DNA of 64,000 nucleotides from assembly GCF_009914755.1 (NCBI RefSeq), contig NC_060937.1, one strand, 5' to 3'. Numbering within the stretch: the stretch's first letter is position 1; each line of letters starts with the position of its first letter. Below, piece after piece: positions 17,030-30,880 of the stretch. The DNA comes from the human T2T-CHM13v2.0 reference genome, Homo sapiens. The position numbers were made by a program, and so were the translations under genes. The notes under the pieces were generated by a model. The model had not been told where the DNA came from and made no database searches. It was given only the letters and a program-made list of their open reading frames with translations.

Positions 17030-17550
17030 CTAAAGATCTGATTCTGCATCCTGCCCTCAGAGACAGCTTTCTAAAACACAAATCAAAATATATCTCTTCC
17101 CTGTACAAATGCCTTCAGGGACTCTCCACCTGCAAAAGAAAGTCCAAATCTCACAATCTCACCTACAAGTCGACTGACATCTCAGGAGCCTGGTGTAAGC
17201 TACCTTTTTCCAATGTTATCTCCTCCACAGGCAGCCAACATCTCAGCCAGAATAAGCAACTTCTAACTCCCCTTTTGTGTCTCCAGTACTGTTCCATCTC
17301 CCTTTATGCCCCTTCTCTGCCTTGTCCCCCTTAAAAACTGGTCATCACTCAGAGTAAAGTTTAACTATCATTTCCTCTGAGAAGCCTCTCTGCCCCTGCT
17401 CATGTGTTAATGAGCATATATGACTCTGAATCATAATTATTTGTGAATTTTTATTTCCACACTGGACCATAGAATCCTTTGGATGTACAGCATACAACCA
17501 AATTCCAGACCCATAATTGGACCTGAAAAAGTGTTTGTTAAATGAATTGA
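17030..17550 (+). mobile_element. L2 3' end
   Basis: ctttctaaaacacaaatc...tcctctgagaagcct...gtttgttaaatgaattga. Confidence 0.7.
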
Positions 17551-17694
17551 CAGTAAAAATAAATGGTACATTAATCAATGGATAGTAATACTGAGTAGGG
17601 AGAAGTTTAATTGCATAAGTAAAATAGTGCTGTTATATGCCATTGCATAGTAGTAGGGAATGCTACTATTATATGTGTAACATATAACATACAC

Positions 17695-17859
17695 CTCGTC
17701 ATACACCTTTTCCCTCACCATGTCCTTGCTCAGTGCTTTGCCCTGAATAATGGAGACTCCTGCACTGTGCACCCCCACAAGTGCTGAATTGCCCCCTCTC
17801 CATCACTGCCCATCCAAATCTTACCCATTTCTCAAGGCCAGCTGAATGGACTTCTCTCA
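17695..17859 (+). repeat. 165-bp dispersed direct copy of 12553-12717
   Basis: Ungapped manual alignment with 9 mismatches; flanked by a 25-bp direct repeat (17629-17653, 17860-17884). Confidence 0.95.
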
Positions 17860-18729
17860 GCTGTTATATGCCATTGCATAGTAGCAGGCAACTAGAAATG
17901 TAGCTTAGGCAAATAAAATAAGACTTAAAATAAGTCTTAAAACTTCTGTTAAAATTTAATATGTCATTCCCCAGTAAATCACCTGCAATACAAATAATTA
18001 TCTAAACCGTAGCCTTTTCACTTAGCACTATGTAAAAATGATAAGATGCAGGAACATACACTACATAGTCACAATTCCATTCATCTAACTACAAAGTGAA
18101 ACCACATCCTTTAATGATAATTACACTTCACCTACAATGTATATACACAGAACATGAAGCACATATGGTGGGCTCTGATGACAGTTCCCTGTTCATTCTC
18201 ACAAGGAATAGTTGATGACCCTTAGTGTTAGTTCTATATAGATGCTCTTCTGTGGGTACTAAACTGCTTCTTGCATTTCACACTGGCTTACACTGGGATA
18301 TCTAATTTTTGCCTCTTTATTTCTAACTATAGAAATTCCTTAGTCTTTGCTAATGCATTTGTTCAAAGCAATGTCATTAAGTATTTAGCCTATATCAATC
18401 AGATACCAAGAAAGGATTTCTTCTCTTCAATAAATTTTGATTTTCTCCAATGTGCTTTGCAAAATGCTGGGACCTGCCTTCCTAGGTCTAAAGTACAGCC
18501 CTGTGGTGCCAGAGCTATCTGGTCATCTGTCTAAACCCAAGTTCATTGGCCGAGCATGCAGCCCAGCCTGCATCCTCCCAGTTGCCAGCAGCATTCTTTC
18601 TTACAGCAACAGGAAGAAACTTAACACCTTGTGTGATGGAAAGAATAATTTCCTGCTTAGGATCTGAGCTGAAATCCTTGGCATTGGACCTCTGATGAGA
18701 GGTCCTTGGTAAAAGCAGTAGCTGGTAGA

Positions 18730-19042
<313 letters not shown>

Positions 19043-19986
19043 TTGGATAGCTCTTTTATGAAGCCATTTCATGCCGAATATTGGTAGGTGATCCAATCAC
19101 AACTTAAAAAGAAAGATCTAATGATCAACTTTATGAACCATCAAATATAAGCACATTTGCAAAACTGTACTATTTTCATATCTGATTGTTAAATGGTACA
19201 GGGTGGAACAACTTTGAGGTAAACACTGCCTTCAAATTTCAGGCTTTTAATATGCAAGATGCAGAAAATGTGATGAAATTTTTCAAGGACGATGTTGTAA
19301 CCTGTGGTTTAAGGAATACCTTTGGATTGATAAACAGTTTTTGTTAAGGTGAGTATAATTATGATAACTTGCCTGGAGAGAGGAAGACCGAGTCACTACT
19401 TGATCACTGTCATATATAACCTACAGGGGATTTTCATCGAAAATGTGGCATGGGGTGACACAACCAAGCCAAGACATAACCCTGAGTGTCATTCAAGCCA
19501 TGGTTTTAAAAAAAAATTAACATTTATATAGGCACAGAGAACACACTAGCAGTAAGTACAGTGTCGTTATACAAAGATCATTCCAGTTCCCACTGTTTTC
19601 AGATACAGTCTTCTTCCACAAACCTCACCTGCTGATTGGCAAATTGAGCCAACTGTAAAAGATGGCTGTCAGACAAACACAATTGCTCATATATCTAATC
19701 AGGTTTCTTCAAGAGAAGGATTTGTTTCACTTAGATTTAAATGAGCAGGCTTACTGCCTCAAGGGCAAACTGGTATTGACTGCATTCTCCCTACACTCCC
19801 AGTTGATTGGAAATTGCAGCTCTGGAGTATTGTGGGTGTATTTTAACAATTATTTTTACTTAAAATATTTAAAAATAGTAGGGAAAAAAAGAATCACACA
19901 TCCTCCAAAGTAAAAATAGATAAATAAATTGTAGAGGATATCCAGAATAAATTCATCTTCAACTGAGATTTTAAAAATAAAAATTT

Positions 19987-20310
19987 AGCCGGGCATGATG
20001 GCTCACACCTGTAATCCTAGCACTTCGGGAGGCCGAGGAGGGTGGATCACCTGAGGTCAGGAGTTCGAGACTAGCCTGGCCAACATGGTGAAACCCCGTC
20101 TTTCCTAAAAATACAAAAAATTAGCCGGCGTGATGGTGGGAGCCTGTAATCCCAGCTACTCCAGAGGCTGAGGCAGGAGAATCGTTTGAAACCAGGAGGC
20201 GGAAGTTGCAGGGAGCCAAGATCTCACCATTGCACTCCAGCCTGGGAAACAAAAGCAAAACTCCATCTCAATAAATAAATAATTAAAAAAGATAAAAAAT
20301 AAATAAAAAA
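19987..20310 (+). mobile_element. AluS (Sq-like)
   Basis: Alu dimer with ccattgcactccagcctgggaaacaaaagcaaaact; A-rich tail. Confidence 0.9.
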
Positions 20311-20614
20311 TAAAAAATTAGTTTATTCTTATCCAAATTATTTCATTCAAGGTCCTCAATGCATTCTGGAAATTCTTGATATGATTATGATAATTTGATA
20401 AGAAGACTATGATACGATGATGGCACCTTTCACTCTACCCAGAGCCAGGTGAATAGGGGAGTCAAAACTGCTCATCAATTGTTTTCCACTGCCTACACCA
20501 ATTCACAAACAAGTAAGAAGGTGAACTTAAATGAAAAGAATAATGATGTCTTCAAAAGGCCAGAAAGAGTGCACATAAACTTCTTCAGCAATGAAATTAA
20601 GATTTCCCACATAC

Positions 20615-20960
20615 AGTTTGTTTTAGGATGCACTTAGCTGCAAATATCAGAAAGCCCAACTGATAGAAGCTTAAATAAAGGAAAGCATTTGATTACCTCA
20701 CATGACAAGAAGTCTGGAGGTGAGTGGTTCCAGAACTGGCTCAAGAGCTCAATGAAGTCAGGAAGCTGGGCCAGCATCCATGCCACTGTGGGCCTTGCAC
20801 TTTCAGGAAAAAGAGAGCTGCTTCACCTCCAAGCATCTCACACTCAGAGAGCAGTGATCTGAGCGGGACAAAAGCCTGGAATTATTAATATTGCTAAACA
20901 AACAAAACTGGAATTCTGTTAGCAAGAAAGAAGAGGGAATGGCTGTTATAAAGTAGGATT
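20615..20960 (-). mobile_element. Old ERVL-MaLR LTR (MLT1-type)
   Basis: ttaggatgcacttagctgcaaatatcagaaagcccaact...ctcacatgacaagaagtctggagg. Confidence 0.55.
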
Positions 20961-21112
20961 CACAGGGGCTAGGGATACTCTGCACTCTAAGTGTTCTCAC
21001 AAACCTACATTTGAAATCAATAAATTCCTCATGTCTGACACTACAATCCCCCAATCCACGTGGCTCTTTGAAAAACCTCATTAGAATTTTCCCATCCATC
21101 AACCTAGTTCCC

Positions 21113-21497
21113 TCTGTGTATTTCCAGGAATTTATCCATTTCCTCTAGATTTTCTAGCTTGTGTGCATAGAGATGTTCATAGTAGTCTCCGAGAATCGTT
21201 TGTATTTCTGTGGGATTCACTGTGATGTCACCATTGTTATTTCTGATTGTGCTTATTTAGATCTTCTCTCTTTTTCTTTGTTAATCTAGCTAGCGGTCTA
21301 TCTATCTTGTTTATCCTTTAAAATAACAAATGTTTCATTTATTTTTTGTATGTTTTTTTTTTGAGGTCTCAGTTTCATTTAGTTCTGCTCTGATTTTAGT
21401 TATTTCTTTTCTTATGCTAGCTTTGGCTTTAGTGTGTTCTTATTTTTCTAGTTCCTCTACATGTGAGATTAGGTTGTTGATTTAGACCTTTCTATCT
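21113..21497 (-). mobile_element. Internal L1 ORF2 fragment (L1PB/MA-type)
   Basis: ccaggaatttatccatttcctctagattttctag (antisense [11 protein letters not shown]). Confidence 0.85.
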
Positions 21498-21840
21498 CCT
21501 TCTGCCTAAAGAAAAGATAAACTTTCCATGTAAAGTTTTTCCACATCAAAAACAGTAATGCAAGGAACCAGTAGCAAGTTCAAAACAAATGACAGGATGG
21601 CTTGATCACAGGGGAGGCTGTAAACTGATAGTTCACTGAAGGAATGACATTGCTTTTCTAAGACTGCAGAGTTAGTTGGAAGCAAAACTGGTAGCAGAAC
21701 CAAAATAGCTAGAATTACTGCTCTATACTCACCTCTCTGTTCAATCATCAGTTCACACATCTCTACTCACACTCCATCATCAATTCAAACATTAACAATT
21801 AAATGTTAATATTTTCCCATTTAAAAACTGGTAAATATCC

Positions 21841-21905
21841 AGATAGGTAGGTAGATCGATAGACAGACAGACGGACGGACAGGCAGGCAGACAGACAGAC
21901 AGATA
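21841..21905. repeat. Compound tetranucleotide microsatellite (TAGA/CAGA/CGGA/CAGG)
   Basis: Directly visible. Confidence 0.9.
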
Positions 21906-22439
21906 ATCCCCCCACTGGTAATTCTGCATTCATTTTTTCCTGGAGTTGTAAACTGTCAGGCAATATTTGTTTACTGCAGACATTTTCAACAAGGAAAATA
22001 TTAAAAACTTACAAGGTTATGTTTTAATGGTCAGAAAATTACTTTTAAAAATTATAGCTGTATTTTTGACATCTGAAAACATATGAAGGCCTGAGTTTCC
22101 AGGACATCTTGAACCAAAATAGATTTGTATTTAAAAGTGAAAGTCAAGGTTCCAGGAAAAAAAATGTAATCAAGTAGAAATATTCAATAAGATGACAATA
22201 TTGCTAAAAGGAAGTAAAATGACAAATTGATATTACTTTGAACAAGCCATAGAAAAGGCCAGTAATTGATTATATTCTAACCAATAATAAGTCAGAGATA
22301 TTTCACTTTCAAAATTCTTACTTTGGTAGCTAAGAATACAAAGCCCTCTAAAAAAACAAATCTTGTCTTTATGTTAGTTTTATTATTATTCAGAGTTCAG
22401 AACTCATTCCTTTGAGGCAGTTTTTAGGATTGTAAAAGT

Positions 22440-22660
22440 TAAGCTATGGCATGGATTAAAAATATGGATTTTGGTTTCAAAGATAATTGAATTTGAATGT
22501 CTATTCTACCATTTACTAGCTAATACCAGTTACTGAGTATTCTGAGCCACTTTAAAAAAAAACATGAAAAATGACAATGAATAAAATAGTTAATTTGTTG
22601 GAATGTTAAAGAATTTGAAAGTATATATAAATCACTTGGTACATGGTAGGCACTCAGAAA
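22440..22660 (+). mobile_element. MIR
   Basis: atttgaatgtctattctaccatttactagc...tggtacatggtaggcactcag. Confidence 0.6.
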
Positions 22661-22824
22661 AGAGTAGCCATTCATAACAATAAGAGAAGATAGTGCAAAT
22701 TTGTAAAAGGAGAGTTTCACAACTTCCTGCAATTGCAAACAGATGTCTATAAGAGTAGGGACCCCTTAAACAGAAAATGCACTTTGGGTGAACCAGGCTT
22801 CAGTATATTTTCAACTCTTCCCAC

Positions 22825-23600
22825 GTGAGATAGCTTGGATTATTGCTCAGAAATATTCTCTCCCTCCACCTTACTTTCAGAAGAGGGTTATATTTCCCAT
22901 TTCATTGACATTGGTCTTGACCATGTGACTTGTTTCAGCGAATGGGATGTCAGCAAACATGAGGCAAAGAGGCTCTTAACAGTCCAGCAATTGGCTTGCT
23001 TTCCTAGCCTCGCCATTGACCTTAAAAGAAATGCATGGACTAGCCAATTCGTCACTGAAGCTCCAAGAGAGACACTTAATGCCCATACAAGCTGCCTTCA
23101 GTGAGCCCAGCCTAGATTTTTTTTAATCCTCAACACACAGATACACAAGTGAGCCCAGCTGAACATAGTCTAGATTGTCTAGATTAGCAAAACCACACTA
23201 ACATAAAAATAAATATTAACTTTGTACTACTGAGTTGTGGGGACAGTTTCTTTATTTTTTTTTTTTTCGAGACGGAGTCTAGCTCTGTCGCCCAGGCTGG
23301 AGTGCAGTGGCGCTATCGCGGCTCACTGCAAGCTCCGCCTCCGGGGGTTCATGCCATTCTCCTGCCTCAGCCTTCCGAGTAGCTGGGACTACAGGCGCGT
23401 GCCACCAGGCCGGCTAATTTTTTGTATTTTTAGTTGAGACGGGGTTTCACCGTGTTAGCCAGGATGGTCTCAATCTCCTGACCTCGTGATCCAACCGCCT
23501 CGGCTTCCCAAAGTGCTGGGATTACAGGCATGAGCCACCGCGCCCGGCCGTGGGGACAGTTTCTTAAGCAGCAATTCTCTGGCAATAACTTGCTTATATG
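22825..23600 (+). mobile_element. MLT1-type LTR interrupted by AluY
   Basis: ccatgtgacttgtttcagcgaatgggatgt; aataaa...ctgagttgtgggga...gcagcaat end. Confidence 0.65.
23253..23549 (-). mobile_element. AluY
   Basis: Y diagnostics (cactgcaagctcc, ccgtgttagccaggatgg); TSD gtggggacagtttctt (23237-23252, 23550-23565). Confidence 0.93.
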
Positions 23601-24692
23601 CCAAATTTATACTATCATACTTGGAGAATTGCTGTGGGCACATTCATCCATTCATGCAATGGTATTTATTTAAGACATATTTCTCGAAGTTACCATGTGC
23701 TAGAACTGTACTACCTATGGAATTAGACTAGCAAACATATGGGCACAACCCTGAGTCTAGGCATGTATTTAGGATCACTGGCTTCAGCTGGAAAACTGAT
23801 TCTTCAAATGGTTCCTGTAGGCAAATATTACTGAGGATTTCAAATAGCAATTTTAAAATGAGAAAACAAATATAAAATTATAACATATTTATTTCTTCCT
23901 TCTTCTCGCGCAGAATGTAACGTAACAGCAAATTTCTCTCAATTAGGTCCTTTGTATCCCCCGAAAACGGTAAATATTTTTTGCCTCTCAAGTGAAGTTG
24001 AGGAGGATAGTTGTTCTCAGTGAACAAAAGCAAACAATTTTAGCAAATATTCAAAGCAAGGTGAATTGTTGATTTGTTTAATGGAATCAGAACTAGACTT
24101 TTTATGAATATGTTTAATAACTTATTCTTGTGTATTCTTAATATGTTTAATAAGCTTATTAAATATATTTAATACAATATTTTCATGTTTTCCATAAACT
24201 TTTTTCCCTTTAAATAAGAGTTTAGCCTCAATGCTAACCTTGCATCAGATTGGGTCAGTAGGCACACCCTCCAGCTACAACTTATAGACGTGATAAAATT
24301 CCAGACGCTAGATTAATGATATTAAAAATTATGTTTAAATATGCAGCCAAGCTGAAAAGGAAGGTAAGACCTCTAGAAACAGGAATGAAGGGGGAACTCG
24401 AAGCCAGGGTAGCGGTTTCATTAAAAATGCCAGATGCATTTTAAAGCCAGGTATGATCATAAGAACTGTGGGATTGCAGTTTTAATGACAATGCAAAGAC
24501 AAGAAATGTTACCATGGGAGAAGAGCTGAGATGAAGATCATTTAATAAAGCCAATATCCTTAAAAGCTCACCCAATCACTGAAAAGAAATTTTTAAAAAT
24601 TCTACCTATTGGCTTGTAGATGTAGTTAAGACTGATGTATGTCCCTGTTTCTGGTGAATTCTTGATTTTTTTTTTTTTTTTTTTTTTAAAGA

Positions 24693-24980
<288 letters not shown>

Positions 24981-24986
24981 GGAATC

Positions 24987-25344
24987 TTTTTCTCCACAAC
25001 CTCACCAGCATCTGTTATTTTTTTACTTTCCAATAATAGCCATTCTGACTGGTGTTAGATGGTATCTCATTGTGGTTTTGAGTTGCATTTCTCTAATGAT
25101 CATTTATGTTGAGGTTTTTTTTTTCATGTATGTCTTTGTTTGAAAAGTGTCTGTTCATGTCCTTTGCCCACTTTTTTTTGTGCAGTTGTTTGGTTTTTTC
25201 TTCTCAGTTTAAGTTCTTTAAAGATGCTGAATATTAGACCTTTGTCGGATGCATAGTTTGCAAAAATGTTCTCTCATTCTTTGGGTTATTTGTTTACTCT
25301 GTTGATAGTTTCTTTTGCTGTGCAGAAGCTGTTTAGTTTAATTA
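24987..25344 (-). mobile_element. Antisense internal L1PA (older PA, about PA10-13) ORF2 fragment, part of the TSD-bounded composite insertion 24987-25626
   Basis: ctccacaacctcaccagcatctg...gctgtgcagaagctgtttagtttaatta; no L1 3' UTR or tail. Confidence 0.85.
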
Positions 25345-25759
25345 ATTACCAATGAAGTTATGATAAGAAAAACAAAAACAGTAAACTGTATTTGAAGACA
25401 AATTGTGTATGTGTGTGTTTTTCTTATAACCCTCTCACCTAATTTCTGCTAACCATAGGACATAATTTATATTGATATTTATCATTCATTTTTCACCAGG
25501 TCTGGAATGAGAATGTGTTGTGCATGACTGTGCAATGCTATTATCCTAAACCAATAGATAAGTTTCATTATGCTACTACAGTTTGTTTTTATAGCTTACA
25601 TTAATAAAAGGGTAAAGAAGAACAAGAAAAAAAAGGAATCAGAAGCAAATGATCAGATATTTTTTCTTAATATAGTTGAATAAAATATTATGCCTAAACT
25701 TTCTTTTCTCTTTTAAAGAATAGTTTAGTCTCAGTGCTGACATCATGGCAGATTGAGAA

Positions 25760-27648
25760 AAAAAATATGCATAAAAATGAAACTTCCAACCTTATACTTT
25801 GCACGGTTATGGAGGGCTAACTGCTATCCCTGTGGTGTTGGAATCCCAAACTGAGAAATTAAAACCTCTAACATCTTGGCAAAAATTGTGCAGTTGCAAC
25901 ATAGGAAAATATATTCAACCCAAGGCACATGAAACTTTCCAAGAAAAGAAAGAAAAAAAAAATATCTGCCAAACAGGGAGGGTCAGCAGATGTAACAAAT
26001 GAGAAAATAGCACTACAAAAAAATAATTTGAAGAAAAAAATTTAAAATGTGCTTAATATAATAAGCAAGTAACAAAGAGAAACCATGATAAAATATGACT
26101 AATGAAGTAGAATTTCTAGAAGAAAATCTCTCAAGCTGGAAAGGCAGCAGAGGGAATTACCCACTGAAAAGGCCAAAAAAGAAATTATACTTATAGAAGC
26201 CAAAAGACATTGAAATAATAACTTCAAGTAGTTGGTAAAAATAACTGTCAAATTAAAATTCTATAGCCAGCAAAGCTACAATTTTTAAAGGAACAAAAAT
26301 GAAAACACATTAAGACAAAGAAACACTAAAAATTTTACCTTTTAGAGATAATACTCAATAAAAAACAAAAAAAATCAAAAGGCACACTTCTATTAAAAAG
26401 AAATTAAATTCAGAAGGAAGGAGTAGTATGTGAAGAAAATGGTATGTAAAGGAATTGTAAAAATGTAAGTGAATCTAAAGAAAGAATAATTCCTAAGATC
26501 CAGGAATACTACTTGTAATAATAATCAAGTATGTTGAAGGCATTATAAACAAGATGAAAGTAAAATATTGAACAACAATAATATAAAATGTCAGTGGTAG
26601 ATTACAATTAAAATATTATAAGAATATTGTTGTTCAATAAGAGGTTTAGAATATTTACTGTTTCAGATATTATTAAATCAACTACACATGGTAAAAGGCA
26701 ATTAAGTGCAATTGCCACAAGAATAGACATTGAATGTATAACTTCCAAAGTTAAAAGGAGAGATAAAAAGCAAAATAAAAACAAAAACAATAAAAGCCTC
26801 AATACAATTAAAAATAGAAAAAAATTAAAAAGCATAATAAATGCAAAACACAAAATAAGATGTTATAAATTAGTACTCCCCAAATCAGTAATAATACTAA
26901 ATGTAAATGGATTAAACTCCCTTGTTGACTTTCTCCCTGACTTACAATGGTTTGACTTACCAGTTTTTGATTCGACAATAGTATGGAAGTGATATGCATT
27001 CAGTATACTCCTCAACTTATGATGGGATTTATCCATATGTAACCCCATCATAATTCATGAAGCATCTGTACTCAGATTAGAACAAAATTTTAAAAATAAA
27101 CATCACAATCCGGATTTACAATAGAAGTGCCAAAACACAACAAAAGAAAAATATTGAGTATAAAGTAATGAAATATGCACATATATTTGGTAAAAAACTA
27201 AAATATAATAAAACTAGTCAGGCAATACTAAAATAAAACACAGTAAAAATTAAGGCAAAACCAATTTTTATGGCTAAAGATATATATTTCTTAAACATAA
27301 AAATACATTTACCTGACAGATGTAACAATCCCAGATATTTATGCATCCAACAATAGAGCCACAGAGTATATAAAGTCAAAAATCCCTGATTATAAGGAGA
27401 GCTGGGCCAAGCCACCATCAGAACAGGGTCTTTTTTAAAAAACACATTTCTTCCAAAAATGTGTACATTCAGGCATTTAAGAAACAAACAAATATGGAAA
27501 AGATTTGAATAACACTAGACGTATATGGAACCTCATATCTCACAATCAGTGGACACACACTTTTTTTAGGCATACACACAACATTTTAAAAAATCAACTA
27601 TGTTCTAGACCACGTAGGAAGTATCAGTAAATTAAAAAGAATCAATTT
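25760..27648 (+). mobile_element. Very old L1M (ME/M5-type) ORF1-ORF2 remnant, resuming at ~30130-30300
   Basis: ILNVNGLNS (ORF 26627-26992), atttatgcatccaacaatagagcc, strong A bias. Confidence 0.65.
26925..27070. mobile_element. MER47-type (TcMar-Tigger) DNA transposon derivative
   Basis: ctgacttacaatggtttgacttac...ctcctcaacttatgatggg...gaagcatctgta terminus. Confidence 0.7.
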
Positions 27649-27649
27649 T

Positions 27650-29315
27650 CTTGATGACATATGATGTATAGCATCTTTTCACATGCTTATTTACTGTCTA
27701 TACCTTTTCTTTGATGGGGAGTCTGTTAAGGTCTCTCAACCCATTTTTTCAGTCAATTGTTGGTTATGTTGAATTTTAAGAGTTACTTTGATATTTTACG
27801 TAACAGTCCTTCATCAGATACGTCTTTTGAAAACATTTTCTTCTAGTCTGTGGCTTGTCTTTTTCTTATCTTTGCAGTGTCTTTTGTAGAACAGAAACTT
27901 TCCGTTTTAGCAAAGGCCAGTTTATCCATTCTTTTTCTCTCATGGATTACACCTTTAGTGTTGCATCTAAAAACTCCTTGCCAAACCCAAGGTCATCGAG
28001 ATTTTCTCCTATGTTATTTTCTAGGAATTTTATAGTTTTGTGTTTTACATTTAGGTCTGTGATCCATTTTGAGTTAATTTTTGTGAACAGTGTGAGGTCT
28101 GTGTCTAGGTACATCTTAATTTTAGCATGTAGATGTCAAGAATATCTTTTCTTCACTGTATCACCTTTGGTCTTTTGTCAAAGATTAATTGACTATGTCT
28201 GTGTAAGTCTATTTCTGGGCTTTTATTCTGTTCCATTTATCTATTTGTCTATTCTTTCTTCAATACTACACTGTCTTGGTTGCTGTTGCTTTATAGTTAA
28301 GCCTTGAAATCAAGTAATGTCAGTCATCCAACTTTGTTCTTCTCTTTCAATATTGTGTTGGCTATTCTGGGTGTTTTTCCCCTTCATACAAACTTTAAAA
28401 TCAGGGAAATAGGTCATCAGGGAAATGCACATTAAGGCAACAATAAGATAAAACTACACATATATTAAAATGGCCAATACCCAGAACACTGGCAACACCA
28501 AATGCTGATGAGGATGTGGAGCAACAAGAACTCTCATTCACTGCTGGGCAGAACACAAAATGATACAGCTACTTTGTAAATTGGTTTAGTAGTTTCATAC
28601 AAAGTTAAATGTACTCATGCCATACAATCCAGCAAATCTCACTCTATGGTAGTTACCAAAAGGAGTTGGAAACTTACATTCATACAAATACTTGTACACA
28701 GATGTTTATAGCAGCTTTATTCATAACTGCCAAAACTTGGAAGCAACTAAGTTATCTTTCAGTAGGTAAACAGGTAAACTGTGACACATCCAGACAATGG
28801 AATTCATTTAGTGCTAAAAAGAACTACCAAGCCACAAAAAACATATGAAGGAAACGTTAAGTGCATATTGCTAAGTGAAGCCAGTCTGAAAATGCTATCT
28901 ACTACATGATTCCAACTCCATGGCACTCTAGAAAAGCCAAAACTGTGGAGTCAGTATAAAGATTAGTGGTTTCCAGAGGTTAGAGGGGAAGGGGGAATAA
29001 ATAGGCAGAGCACAGAGGATTTTTAGAGCAGTGAAACTACTCTGTATGATACTACAATGGTGAACACATGTTATACATTTATCCAAACGCATAGAATGCA
29101 CAACATTGAGAGTGAACCTTAACATAAACTATGGTCTTTGGATGATAATGATGTGTCAGTGTGGTTCATCGATTGCAACAAATGAACCACTACAGTAGGG
29201 TTGTTGATAATGGGAGAGGCTATGCATGTTGGGGGATAGAGATATATGGGATATCTCTGTACTTTCCATTACATTTTGCTCTGAACCTAAAACTGCTTTA
29301 AAAAAATAGTCTACT
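27650..29315 (+). mobile_element. L1MC1-like element with 5' inversion (27650-28403 antisense; ~28412-29315 sense)
   Basis: L1MC 3' UTR (gtgaaactactctgtatgatact...gaacctaaaactgct); the two segments abut at the consensus acatcatatgtcatcagggaaatgc. Confidence 0.8.
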
Positions 29316-29316
29316 A

Positions 29317-30118
29317 TATTTATGCAGCCAATATACATGAAAAAAAGCTCATCATCACTGGTCATTAGAGAAATGCAAATCAAAACCACAGTGAGATAAC
29401 ATCTCATACCAGTTAGAATGACAATTACTAAAAAAGTCAGAAAACAACAGATGCTGGTGAGGCTGTAGAGAAATAGGAACAATTTTACACTGTTGGTGGG
29501 AGTGTAAATTAGTTCAACCATTGTGGAAGACAGTGTGGTGATTCCTCAAGGATCTAGAACCAGAAATACCATTTGACCCAGCAATCCCATTACTGGGTAT
29601 ATACCCAAAGGATTATAAATCATTCTACTATAAAGACATATGCACATGTATGTTTATTGCAGCACTACTTACAATAGCAAAGATGTGGAACCAACCCAAA
29701 TGCCCATCAATGATAGACTGGATAAGGAAATGCGGCACATATACACCATGGAATACTATGCAGCCATAGAAAAGAATGAGTTCATGTCCTTTGCAGGGAC
29801 ATGTATGAAGCTAGAAGCCATCATTCTCAGCAAACTAACACAGGAACAGAAAACCAAACACCACAGATTCTCACTCATAAGTGGGAGTTGAATGATGAGA
29901 GTGCATGAACACAGGGAGGGGAACATCACACACAGGGGCCTATGGTAGGGTGGAGGTCAAGGGGAGGCACAGCATTAAGACAAATACCTAATGCATGTGG
30001 GGCTTAAAACCTAGATGACGGGTTGATGGGTGCAGCAAACCACCATGGCATATGTATACCTATGCAACAAACCTGCACATTCTGCACATATATCTCAGAG
30101 CTTAAAGTAAAAATTTTT
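29317..30118 (+). mobile_element. L1PA8-like 3' fragment inserted in the L1MC1 tail
   Basis: atacctaatgcatgtggggcttaaaacctagatgacgggttgatggg; flanked by agtcta(c/t)ta repeats. Confidence 0.85.
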
Positions 30119-30634
30119 ACAAAGTCTATTAAAAAAGAAATCCATATCACTTGGATGATATTCTCTAACAACAATATAAATAGCAATATCAATAGTAAAA
30201 TATAGTTTTAATAAACAATCATTTGTAGAGTGAAAAATATGCTAAATAATTTACTGGTTACAAAAATAATAGAAATTGGAAAATACTTAGAACTGAATAT
30301 GACAAGTAAGTATACTTGGAATCCACAGATGGTAGAGACCACCTAGGGAACACAGTAGAGGTGCTTCTAACTGGAAGAATCCTTTGTAAATTTATGTTTC
30401 AGGATTTAGATGTTAATTTTCATGATGGACTATTATTGTACAACAAATTGTCCAACCAGAGAATTTTAAAAAAATCAATAGATACAGCAAATGCCCAGAG
30501 ATAGGAGAAGTCTGGCAAACACTTTTCAAGTATTTGTAGCCACATGCAATCTCAGCTTTTAAATAAAGAATGCTTCTAAATGAATGTAGGTTCTTACAGG
30601 GAAATGTAGTTACCTGTATCCTCTGTCCCCATTT

Positions 30635-30880
30635 CAGTTCTATTAAACAAATACATAAGGGCTAAGATGTGTAAACACCAAAATAGGTAATTGGAACACA
30701 CAGATGAATCAGACACAGTGCCTGTCTTTGAGGAGATTGTGGACTAGTGAGAGAGATATGCCTAAAAATGTATAGATTGAATCAAGTGTGAGAAGTGCAA
30801 AGCTTTGCTCTATGTGTTGTGGGACCACGGAAGATGGACACTTAGTTCAGCCTGGGGTTCAAGAATGGCTCTTGAAAGAA
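30635..30880 (-). mobile_element. L2 3' fragment
   Basis: aacaaatacat...cagatgaatcagacacagtgcctgtctttgaggag. Confidence 0.7.
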
